The notes under the pieces are model-generated. The model did not search any database. It was not told the origin of the DNA and worked only from the letters and a program-made list of their open reading frames with translations. Positions 8,667 to 19,698 of a DNA stretch of 20,000 bases are shown here, piece by piece. How positions within the stretch are numbered: the first letter of the stretch is position 1; the number at the start of each line of letters is the position of its first letter. This DNA comes from Plasmodiophora brassicae (Eukaryota), in the NCBI GenBank assembly GCA_036867785.1, contig CP145428.1:605472-625471 (forward strand). Direction: 5' to 3'. Made by a program: the position numbers and the translations under genes.

Positions 8667-9910
8667 ATGGAGCGTGCGCCGTCCTCCGACGCCTCCTACA
8701 CGAGGTCGCGATGCGCATGCCCGTTGGAGGGCGGTATACGGCACAGACGTGGAGTCCTCTCAACGTGAAGCAGGCGCCGACTCCATGGTGGGCGTCGCCC
8801 GCGACTGACTACTCGACGACGCTGCCGGTCGCCAACGCCGCCTACTGCATCGTCGTCCACGCCCGCCGGATATGCTGTTGTGTTCAGCCTCGCACGTCGC
8901 AGGACGCCGACACCCTGACGCGCCTGTCTGCCGTGCCTGCACCCGCTGCGACGTCGCCGCAGATGGGCAGCACGGCCCAATGGACTCACGACGACCATAT
9001 CGCGTCCTGCTGGACGCCTGCCGGCGTGCCCGATCTGTCTGTGTGAACGCCCTGCAGTTGCAGCACTGGTACGTGTCGTCGTCTGATGCACAGGCGTGCA
9101 GGCCCTCTAACACGCTGGACAGGACGCACCTGCTGGCTGTCGCCTGCCGTCGTCCGTCCAGCATGAGCACCTGCCGGGTAGCTGTCATCGTGTCTTGGCG
9201 GGGCTGGTCCAGCATCGCGCCGGCATGCTCCTCAGCTGAGGCGGCGCGCTGGACGTTCGCCGATCGTTGCAATCGGTCGCGCGCGCCGCTGTCGTGCACC
9301 ATGCGTTGATGGCGGACCGAGCAACCAAAGGTCTTCTCGCCGATGTCCCCGTCGGCCTGTCGAGCGGCACCTGCCTGCCCTGCAGGTCTTCCAGCAGGCA
9401 GGTGGCGCCCAGTGTCCGTTGCCGTTGATCGACATGCGCACGCCTATCTGCCGTCGACCACCCGCCGCCGGCGTATCGCCTCACCCAGATCACTACAAGC
9501 AGATTAGGTCGACACGCGCGAACGCCGGCCCTGCAGGTCGTCCTGGCGTCAGGCGGCGCCGGACGGCATCCTTTGCTGAAGTGGCCGGCGGTCGACAGCG
9601 CCGACGTCGTCCCTGCATGCGTGTCAAGCATGGCAGGTCAGACCAGACGAGCGATGCAGGCGTTTCGGGTGTCGCAGCATGCACGTGAGGCAGGTGATTG
9701 CGCTCGACTCCAAGCAAACGCGGTTCAGTACGTGTCAGAGCGGTCCTACTTCATTATCCCTGAGTTGTACTGCAGCGTGCGGCCTGGCAAGAAGGCGTGA
9801 GGTACAACTTCTCAACAACGCAAACGAATACAACGTCTTTTACGGATCATATGTTCCACCATTCTTTCTACTGCATGGCCAGGCAGATGAACTCGACGAT
9901 GGACAAGCTT
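8667..9910 (+). pseudogene. Possible decayed plus-strand gene, divergent from the recombinase
   Basis: Chain of overlapping plus-strand frames with protein-like patches (e.g. VQYVSERSYFIIPELYC, EVQLLNNANEYNVFYGSYVPPFFLLHG), downstream of the AT-rich stretch 8490-8520. No continuous ORF or recognisable domain. Confidence 0.25.
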
Positions 9911-10953
9911 TATTGCCTTCGCAGTGCGAAGCACCTGTAGAACAGGAGTCGGTAGACCCGCTTGCTGAGCAAGTCGGCGACGTGCGCGTCGGAATACCCT
10001 TGCACGCGACTGGTGTCGCAGAACGCCCAGCCACCACGTGCCTGCTTCACCCAGGACACGTAATGGCCTTCGTCGTGTCCAGCGACGTGGGCATTACCCC
10101 AGTGGTCGACAAGGCCGACCAACTGGAAATACGCATCTCCAACTTGGAAGACCGCCTGTGGCACCACATCCTGCTCAAAGAAGAAATCAGATATGCCCAG
10201 GTTTCCATCCATCATCGTTGTCGGGCCGGCACGTACCACCGCTGTCTTGCGCCGCGCCATACTGATGGTCTGACCATCGAGACCTGGCTCCTGGACGATT
10301 TCGATGGGATCCTGCCGCACCAGCATCACTTGGCCTTCCTCGACCTTGCCCTTCAACTGACGAACCGTCGTGCTTCGGTGCTCCACGTCCTGCCCGCGAT
10401 TGCACGGCCGTTCAGCAGTGCACCTCCTGGCGATCGTCGTAGTGTGCTCTAGGAGTAACGCGTCGGCGAGGGACGTTCGGCCGTGCGAACCACCCAGCAT
10501 AACAACCGGGAGCTCGCAGGGCGGACGCCTAGTGACATGGCCGCAGGTCTTGCACGCGTCGACGACATGCTCGACAAAGCCAATGATCGCTCTTTCGATC
10601 GGATGACCTAGGGCCCCGACAACCTCGTACGCCTGCATCTGCTGCAGCAGCTCCAGCGCGAAGTCGTCGGCATCGTGCTGTTGCCCGGGATCGAACGACC
10701 TCGTCGCCCGGTCAGCGTCGCTGATGGCCTTGATGAGGTCAACCAGGATGTCGGACGCCGCGTTCAGATCCAGACGAGGGTTCATGACCTTATTGTACAG
10801 GTCAATCCAGGGCGCGGGGCCGGAGACACGTTCCCAGCCCGGCAATGACCGCAAGATCTGCACCGGTGCAATCGCGTAGCAAATAGATCGGCAAACGCCT
10901 GCCGCATCATTGTTCGATATGCCCGCTGGCAGTAACGACCCAGCGTCACGCTC
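9910..10953 (-). other. USP/UCH (peptidase C19) catalytic domain, terminal exon
   Basis: Cys box LPAGISNNDAAGVCRSICYAIAPVQIL (upstream of the listed ORF start), QQHDADDF, CKTC zinc ribbon, His box FQLVGLVDHWG...GHYVSWVK...WAFCDTSRV and YRLLFYR. Confidence 0.88.
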
Positions 10954-13900
10954 CTAAATGTCAATTTCAGCGCCGACTATGACAATTATGCAGTATACCA
11001 CACCTGTGAAGGACTTTGTTCTTCTTTCACCGGTTCGCGGTTGACGCCTTGGGCGGGCCGGCTCGCACGTCCGCCAGGTGTACGTTCGGGTGCCTATGGT
11101 CAATGCGAGCGTGTTAGATGTTATCTTCGCCTGAGTACCGGCGATGTCAGTTTCGAACCAGTTTTGGCGCTGTGAAACGGCGGTTCGCATGTCCAGTCTG
11201 TGCCTACAGCAGGCGGACGGTCAGTAACGCAGTCGAGGCGGGGTACAAGGAATGCCAACCGAAGCAGGCGGCATGGTGCGCGTGTTAGGAGGGTCCTTGA
11301 TCACAGTCGTCGACGTAACCGGCAGAGGCCTCTGCAACGTTCCGCCAGTTCAGTCTACATCCCGCTGGCATCACAATATAGCAACTGACCACAGGGCGTG
11401 TCGTCGTGCCACACAACTTTCGGCGCTTCGCACCCTGATGGCTTCGTTTCTTCTGTGGCACACATCCATCGTCAGTCTGCAAACGGCGTCCAACGCTGTC
11501 AACCTGGCTTTCGCGCGACGTCGACTGGCACAGCTCGCTGGTGTCCCTTGACGAGTCATCGCTGTCGTCTTCCGAGCTGGACATCGAGAGGGCGTCTGCA
11601 GCGGCCTGTTGGGAACGCAGTCAGTACAGTAATCCGTGATCAGCAAAGCAGCCAGCGACGAACGATTCGCCTGCGTTTGACTGCTGCGCGGCTCTGCAGG
11701 GTAACGGCGCGTCGACTGCTCCTCGTTCGACGCGTAGGTCCATCGCCGTCGGCAGCAGCGTCGTCGTCAACGGCCTCGTCAGCCTGGTCGGCTCGGTTCC
11801 CCCGGCGCTGGCGAATGGCGGCGACGTACGCGCCCACCATATCGTCGACGATGCCGCGAAACCTCGACGACGTCGCCTCTGCCATCGGCCTTGGTCGTGA
11901 GTCCAGGATCACCAGCTCGAAGGCGTTGACGAAATAGGCATGTGCGTGCCTCGAGCTCAGGCCGATCTCGACGAGCGTGCGCCCCACAGCGCCGATCAGC
12001 GCGAGAGCGTGCTTGTAGGGGCGCCAATCGATGCGTGCAGCGCCGAACATCTCCAGTAAGTCGTCGACGACGAGGACATGCTCAGCGGGGTCACGAACGG
12101 CGTCGTTTCGACCGGCGCCGACATACGTCAGCACGCCGGGGCCCAGCGCGCGTGCGTGATACACGAGAATCAGGATTTTTTCCGCCGTCGACCAAGTCGA
12201 CAGGTCGACGGGAGACGGCCACCTGTCCTTGACGCCCTTGACAGCGGCGTGCACCTGCGTCGACATTGTCCTGTGGCCCTTGGACAAATGCACGACCGCG
12301 TCGACGCCCGCTGCCTGGACTAGCAGGCCGTTGTGCGGGTCGGCCAGGAACGAGCCCCAGTCGATCTTGGTGCAGGCGCCCCGCGCGTCCGGCGACGAGT
12401 GCAGGACGCCCTGGATGAGGGCCAGCGCCTCCCATAGCCAGTGCCGCTTCTTGCTCCCCTGGTTTGCCGACGGGAGGGGTACGTCGCGCCAACTCTTGCA
12501 CGCATCAAACAGCGTGACTGACCGTGGTGCCAGCGGCAACGTGCTCAGAGTCATCGGGTCAGACGACGCTGGCAGACGCACCACAGCCGATCGATCATGC
12601 AATGGCGGGACAATCATGACGACGTGCGCCAATACGGCCAGAAAACGCGACGACGGCGCCCAGCGTCCATCGGGGCGAGCACGCATCGCTCGACGCTGAG
12701 CGACGGTCTTGGTCGCAGACCCCATCAGATCGGACACATACTCATCGGTGATTTCGTCAGGAGGCGGGTCGACCAGGGCGACGAACGGATGGATGACGCG
12801 TCCCGACCAGCGGAGCAACAGCGTCACGTGGATGCCATCACGTCCCTGACGGTCCCTGGTTCTCTTGACGCGCTCCACCAACGCTTTCGTCACGTTGTAA
12901 TCGTCGTATCGTGATTCGGGTATGATGGACATCACGTCGCGCCACAGGGCCCGGTGTGGCAACCGTTCGACGCCCGGCGACATCCAATTCGTTGCGATCC
13001 AGTTGGAAAAACTAACGGTTGGCAGCGACGACAGCGACGGATCGAGCGTCGATCCACGCCTGCCCAGGCGGTACAGGGCGTCCAGCGACCGCATGAAACC
13101 CGCGAACAGGTAATCGTGCTCCTGGTCCAGGTCCGGTCGATCCAGAGCATGCCATACCCCGGGCGCCAAAATCTTCCTCTTCGCCAACTGATCGTACGTA
13201 TACGCAGCTTCAGTCTGCAGAAGGTTCAGAGCAATGGCGTCCGGCGTCAGCATTGAGCTCAGCCCTGATGAGATGACCAGGAACCACGACTGGACCAGGT
13301 AGTGGAGCGCATGCCGGTTTCCTCTGACGGAGATCCGCAGGACTGTCGACATCATGTCGACGTAGTCGAGGCTCTGAATGAAATTCATAAACTCGCCCTT
13401 GTTGATGACCAGGGCAAGCGGATCCATGTACGTGTCGTCGACGAAGAAGCGGCCAAACTGCAGAGACGAAGACACGTAGTCGAGAGGCGACCCGTTCGAC
13501 AGCCACGGCCCGACATTGCTGTCCGGCGTGGCCCGGTGGTAGAACCGACCTGGGTTGATGGACGAGCCGTCAAAAACCGCATTGAAACAGTCTTCGAAGA
13601 TCTGCAGCGCGTTCAGCGACCGCCGATCGATGTTGGACACGAAAGGAGACCGGCGACCGCGCTCCAGCCGGCGAAACATCGCGCGGTACATCTTGCGAGG
13701 GAACACGACATACTGCTCTAGTTTCCGCCGGAGATGTGCCCAGACGGCTTCCGCGTCCAGCAGCAGGAACGTGGCATCGTCGTTGAACCCATCGGCCTCC
13801 TGCCACATGCTGTTGAAGCACGCATGGCGCATGGTCAGGTTAGCGAAGTACTCAACGCGGTGCACGACAGGAACGCGTTCGGCGGCCATCTGGCGACAGA

Positions 13901-16900
13901 ATCGGATACGCTTCCGCATCGCGTCCCTCACCGGATTCAACGCCCGCTTTACGTCTTCCTTCTTGACCGGGCCGTACTTCCTAAGCGCGGCGGGCAACCC
14001 AGCGATCGACTTCCGGACCTTGCCCTTCTCGAACGTAGCGCGGACGGCCGCGTTCAGGGTACCGATGTGGGCAAAGCGGACGGGGTCCACCAGAACGCGC
14101 CCACGATCCCGCGTGCGCTGCGACACGGTCGCGTTGTAGCACGAGCGCGCGGATGCCATAACGGAACTGCAACGTGACTTGCATCCACCGAACCCGGCGA
14201 CCTCCCCGACCGGATAGTACGAGCTCTTGCGTGGCGCGATGCCACAGCCGACGTCCAGATCTCGCAGCGCTGAGTAGTCGCGGCAGACGGCAACGGCTGT
14301 GTTGTCGGGGAAGGGTTCGGCCGACACGTTGGACCCGATGTCGAAGCGCGCGCAGTCCATTAACGTTGACGGCCAGAACGTTCGCAAGTAGCGGCGCACC
14401 TCGAGAACGTCGGCGACACACGTCATTTTCATCAACGAGCGCACACCTAGCGCTTGCATCAACACCATGATGGAGCCGTCAAGCTCATCCTCAAGAGCCT
14501 CCAGGACAGCGCGGGCGGACGAAGGTGGCATAACCACGGGGCGGCGGTGGGCCCCAAACTGGTTAAGGTAGTCGTTGATCTCGTCCGGCAGATCTGCTTG
14601 GCAGGCACTGAACGCAGCGGAAACCGCCCTGGAGCAGTGCTGCTTGAGGGAACGATGCGTCCAACGGGGTGCGGCAGCGATTAAGAAGATCGAGACATTT
14701 GCCATGGGATGGCAGTCAACCTGACCCAACAGGAATCGCGGCAACTGCGCCACTGACCGCGACGCCTTCTCGTCGTCTCGCTGCACACGCAGATCGTGTA
14801 CCGAGCTTCCCGTATCCGACTGACGTGCACGGTAGTTCCCGTACCTCTGCATCATGTGCAGGAAGGCAAACGATTTGGCTTCGTGCACAGGAAAGTGCTG
14901 CAGCCAGGTCCCGATCGAAGTCGTGATTGCTTGCAAAGAGTCGACGTCAAACACCGGCCGCAATCGCGGGCGACCCCCGTGAGCGTCTGAGGCGCGACGC
15001 GCCTCATCCGCCAGATCGAAGCGGAACCGGCCGCAGAAGGCCTCTTTCCTGGGGGATCCGAAGACATCCCAGAAGCGTTCGCCGGCGAATTCGTCGAGGT
15101 GTATGACCTCAAACGTGGACAGATCCATTGCTGGTGCACTAGCACAGGGCGGCGTCGACTGGCGGACGAGGTGGTCTACGGAGGGGTCGATGCGTTCGTC
15201 ATCGCTTCCGTCGACATTGCTGGGGTCAGGGACGTCGCCGTCATCCATCGAATACGAAGAGTCAGAATCAGTTTCGACGTCGTCCCCGATTGCGTCGCCT
15301 GGGTCAGGGTCATCGCACTCGGAGTCTCCCACCGGATCCTCCCAATCATCACCGACTTCGTCACGCTCAGCGGCTTCGTGTGCATCCCTGATACGCTCCA
15401 GGTATTCTATTGTGCGGTCGTCCTCGTCCCCGTGTTCGACTGGATCTTTGTGCCCGGTGCACTCCTGCTTAGGCTGGCCATGTCCGTCGCAGACCATTAT
15501 CATCGGGGCCGGCGCCCTTTCACAACTGACACGTACCGCTGACGACGGCAGTACTTCGAGCCAGAGCATCGGCGAGCTGTTCCGCAGGTGCATCAGGGGT
15601 AGCGCTATTGTAGACAGTACCGCCAAAGCTGCCACTCGTTTGACCGGCAACGAGTCGTCGCCCCTTCCTAACCGCTACATACGAAGTCAGAAACGTACAG
15701 GAACAAGGAATCGCAAAGGCTTACAGCAACGACGTCTGACGTGCCAAACCGCAAAGCGATGATGTGGGACCGCCGTCTGTCGATCAGAGGGTGGACGACG
15801 TCCCACAGGCAGCCGAACGGGACACCGTATTCGTTGAAGAGGGCGTCCACGTTGTCGACCGACACTGGCGAATCCAAGAATAGGTCGACGATGACAGGAT
15901 CGGTGCTCAAACACACTGTGACCATCAAATCCAGCGGCCACAAGCCGCATGATGTAGAGAGCAGGCTACAGTGGCGCATCATCTGTGCACCAGACGATGG
16001 TGTCGCAGTGGTCTGCCGAAGCCATTGGTCGAATTTGTCACGAAGGCCTGCCGGTGAAGCCTGCAGGCAAGATACGACCTCTCGCCGATGGCGTTCAATC
16101 ATGCCTTGGTGTGGTGGCACGTGGTCGTGCCAGCACAAGTAAGACAGAAGCCAGCCAGAGACGTTGCGGAACGAATCCCAGGACAGGTCTTCGCAGGATT
16201 CGAACAGCGAGAAAACGGCGGGATCAGGAGCATATCCGTACGTCATGGTGACATCGACCAGGGTCAGGCGAATGTTGTCCGAAAGCGCCCGGTTCGAGGT
16301 ACACGTCGTCAGACGACGGCGCCCGGCGAACCACGCACGATGGTCAAATGTCGATTGCAGGAGATCATCCATATCGGCATCATCTGACGAAACGGGCAAA
16401 TCGACCGGGTCTTCCTCAGGCGAAGGATATGGGAGGTCGTCTTCGATAGCAGCGTCAGGAACACGCGTTGGTGCACCACCGTCCCCGGTTAAAATTGCCG
16501 TCAAGGAGATGCCAGGAGAAGCAGAGCGGTTGTACAGTGTGTCAGCTGGGCACGCGGGTAGGTCAGCTTGGCCCATTAGTAAGTAATTGGACGCGATAGC
16601 AACCCTAAGCCAGATTACCTACCATGACACGAGTCTTCAGCTCCCGCAGCGACGGCGACGGTGGCGACTTCTGGATGTGCTGCTGAAGTGTCGACGGATG
16701 CACCAGAAGGGAGCGGCCCAAGTCGGTCGGCGTGTTGCGCCGGCGCATGTGTCGGGTCAGCTGGTAGCGATATTTCGATTTCCATCAGAGACGATTTTGA
16801 ACCACCTAACTCAAAATAAGCAGGTGAATATCGCGTTTGCCGGTGTCGATACCAACCGTCCCCGTCGTGTTCGTCGTTCATCGCGTCGCCAACGGCGGTC

Positions 16901-18347
16901 AGAGTCGCACCCGATCGGTCGGTCGTGTGCGACTTGACCACGCCCTTCGAATTCGGAGCGAAGTCATCAAACTCGATCAGCGGTGCAACATCGAAAGGTG
17001 TGGACTCAATCGACCGTTGCTCGTCTTCGGCAGGCATGTCGTTACGGTTTTCTGCTTCTCTCGGGTAGTCGTGTCTTGCGATCTCCACCGTCCATCGCCG
17101 ACGATATAAGCCGATATCGGTTCCCGAAAACCTCATGGGCGACGCGTTCGCCAAGAAGTCAGCGTACTCGATCACGAAGACGCCACAGTCGGTTCCATTG
17201 CTCTGCATAGGAAACCGACCGCCAGCACGACGACAGGTCCATTCCACCTCGCATGGGTGGCCAGTCAGGTCCAGATACAAATCCAGCATGTACTGGATGA
17301 CGTTGCGACCGAACTCAGTACGAGGTGGTGTGTGCCTCAGCGAGTCGTACCACTCGACCAGGTGGAGCTTCGGTTGGACAACCATCAGGAACCAATGGTT
17401 AGCGTCACAGATCGGGAAAAATATGAGGTCATAGCCAAACACGGGCTCGTGGGCGAACCATCTGGCCCACGTTCTCACATTCGCGTAGGCGTACTTGCCA
17501 TCCTGCATCATCTTCGCATACAACTGCGAGTCGAGCGCAAAGCAGGTCGGGTAGCGTCCAGGCATCGTTACGCGACGCATTTCGTCACGCTTGACGATCA
17601 GAGACAGGCATGCCATGATAACGGCATCGCTGAGCCAGCATTCGTCGCGAAGGCTCCGGATATCCCCCTAAAGCAAAAGGCATTCGTGACGAATCAGACT
17701 GATGTGCTGATGCGACTAGCCGATTGGTAAGCATTGGCATGCATACAGGTTCGACGGCGACATTGCCGATTGTGTACGAGCGCCGTGTGGTATCGTTCCA
17801 GATCTGTTCGGCTGTGGCGTGAATGTCAGCAACGTCAGGAAGCTCGGTCTCGGCTTCTGGCTGTGACAGTGAAGGGGACTGCACACGCCGGTCACGGTCG
17901 TCCGAACTTGTAGGAGACGTCTCCGGTCGACGTGCATAATCTTCGTCGACAGATACATGTCAATATGGGGGACAAGAGGCCACCATCAGGCTTACTGTTC
18001 GAATTGCCATTAGGCGGCAGGATCGTTGAATTACACGCGACGTCTTCGTCGTCCTGGCCGGAACGATCCTGACGAGGCTCCAGTATTGCGAAGTCGTGTC
18101 CTTGCCTACGGTCTTCAAGCAGAATGCGAGATATAGCACTGAACGTCCTCTTGTCATCCTCAACGTATGGGTTCGAGTGACCGATGCAACTCCAGTAGTG
18201 CCGACGTTTCCGTGCTCGCCTTTTGATGGAACTCTGCAGTGGATCTGTATTGCCAAGCCGCCCCATGCCCTGTCGCTTTGATAACGATCTCGGTCAGCCC
18301 GCTTAGGCCGTTTCGACTAGCTCAAACCGTACCTTGCGACCGCCCAT
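9910..18347 (-). CDS. Predicted 11-exon ~2615-aa protein: N-terminal Ulp1/SENP C48 protease, unknown core, C-terminal USP C19 deubiquitinase. Exons 18347-18333, 18269-17996, 17940-17747, 17667-16623, 16566-15725, 15674-11664, 11605-11390, 11331-11260, 11203-11159, 11093-11004, 10953-9910
   Basis: Ten GT-AG introns of 63, 55, 79, 56, 50, 58, 58, 56, 65 and 50 nt, most with YTRAY-like branch sites. They remove the in-frame stops and preserve phase (total 7848 nt = 2616 codons). Splicing restores the N-terminal motifs of both domains (NVAVEP|GDIRSLRDECWLSD; LPAGISNN...CY). Confidence 0.68.
9935..12307. repeat. Intact member of a diverged direct duplication with 835-3007
   Basis: Colinear similarity at an offset of ~9.1-9.3 kb, covering exons and introns. 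Confidence 0.88.
17075..17667 (-). other. Ulp1/SENP (peptidase C48) catalytic domain
   Basis: DIRSLRDECWLSDAVI...YDLIFFPICDANHWFLMVV...EWYDSL...FPMQSNGTDCGVFVIEYA. His, Asp, oxyanion Gln and Cys are all present. Confidence 0.92.
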
Positions 18348-18702
18348 AGTAGCAAAGAATATTGCCCAACTGAGAGGTATGTGGGGCAGTACTCAGGTCA
18401 GTACGGGTAGAGAGTCTGTAACGAAGCGGTGCCAATTGCAGATCGACTTTGGAAATGGACGAGGGCGGCAGCTTTGCCCGGAGGCCGCAACGAAGGCCTC
18501 GCCCTCGTCTGCCGGAAATAGCCCGCGTCCGAGGGATCAATCCAGAATAGCGACCCAACCGTGTCGGTATTTCCAAAAATAGATTCCTGACACTATCGAC
18601 AGCCTCGGAGTTTGGCTAAGGTCTACATTCTCGCGCGACCGTCGCAGAAGTCCGAAGCTGCCGGGAGGTCGGGTGGCGTTGACCACCACCGCGTTCGGGT
18701 TC

Positions 18703-19698
18703 AATTCCGATAGACGGGGGCTGCAATAATAAAGCGCCCGAAAAGTCCGAAGAGCTCCTGAGCGAAGACCAGTGATCGGATCATCCGGAAACCGACGTCA
18801 ATCGTGTTGCGATTTAATTCGCCACTATCTGCTTCGAGGCGGATCGAATTCGGATAGACGGGGGCTGCAATAATAAAGCGTCCGAAAAGTCCGAAGAGCT
18901 CCTGAGCGAAGACCAGTGATCGGATCATCCGGAAACCGACGTCAATCGTGTTGTGATTTAATTCGCGACTATCTGCTTCGAATCGGATCGAATTCGGATA
19001 GACGGGGGCTGCAATAATAAAGCGTCCGAAAAGTCCGAAGAGCTCCTGAGCGAAGACCAGTGATCGGATCATCCGGAAACCGACGTCAATCGTGTTGTGA
19101 TTTAATTCGCGACTATCTGCTTCGAATCGGATCGAATTCGGATAGACGGGGGCTGCAATAATAAAGCGTCCGAAAAGTCCGAAGAGCTCCTGAGCGAAGA
19201 CCAGTGATCGGATCATCCGGACACCGACGTCAATCGTGTTGTGATTTAATTCGCCACTATCTGCTTCGAATCGGATCGAAATCGGATAGACGGGGGCTGC
19301 AATAATAAAGCGTCCGAAAAGTCCGAAGAGCTCCTGAGCGAAGACCAGTGATCGGATAATCCGGAAACCGACGTCAATCGTGTTGCGATTTAATTCGCCA
19401 CAATCTGCTTCGAGTCGGATCGAATTCGGATAGACGGGGGCTGCAATAATAAAGCGTCCGAAAAGTCCGAAGAGCTCCTGAGCGAAGACCAGTGATCGGA
19501 TAATCCGGAAACCGACGTCAATCGTGTTGCGATTTAATTCGCCACAATCTGCTTCGAGTCGGATCGAATTCGGATAGACGGGGGCTGCAATAATAAAGCG
19601 TCCGAAAAGTCCGAAGAGCTCCTGAGCGAAGACCAGTGATCGGATAATCCGGAAACCGACGTCAATCGTGTTGCGATTTAATTCGCCACAATCTGCTT
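18703..19698. repeat. Subtelomeric 144-bp tandem repeat, ~6.9 copies
   Basis: Units start at 18703, 18847, 18991, 19135, 19279, 19423 and 19567 (AATTCGGATAGACGGGGGCTGCAATAATAAAG...). Units differ by only a few substitutions; the last is truncated. Confidence 0.97.

Noticed and set aside
11221-11245. Apparent frameshift/stop in the linker upstream of USP
   Set aside because: It falls within predicted intron 11259-11204, so the model needs no frameshift.
15593-15650. Signal-peptide-like start of the 1336-aa ORF (TTG start, VAALAVLSTIALPL)
   Set aside because: The TTG is internal to an exon that begins at 15674 after an in-phase 50-nt intron, so it is not an N-terminus.
6058-18625. GCTAAGGCCTA (6058) vs GCTAAGGTCTA (18615) as terminal direct repeats of a large element
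   Set aside because: A 10/11 match is about chance level given the size of the regions compared; it needs other copies to test.
18701-19216. 171-aa minus-strand ORF of 48-aa repeats
   Set aside because: It is the translation of the 144-bp satellite (length divisible by 3). There is no plausible promoter between it and the telomere and no recognisable domain.
18703-19698. CRISPR-like array
   Set aside because: Units are near-identical over their whole length with no unique spacers, there are no cas genes, and the context is eukaryotic.
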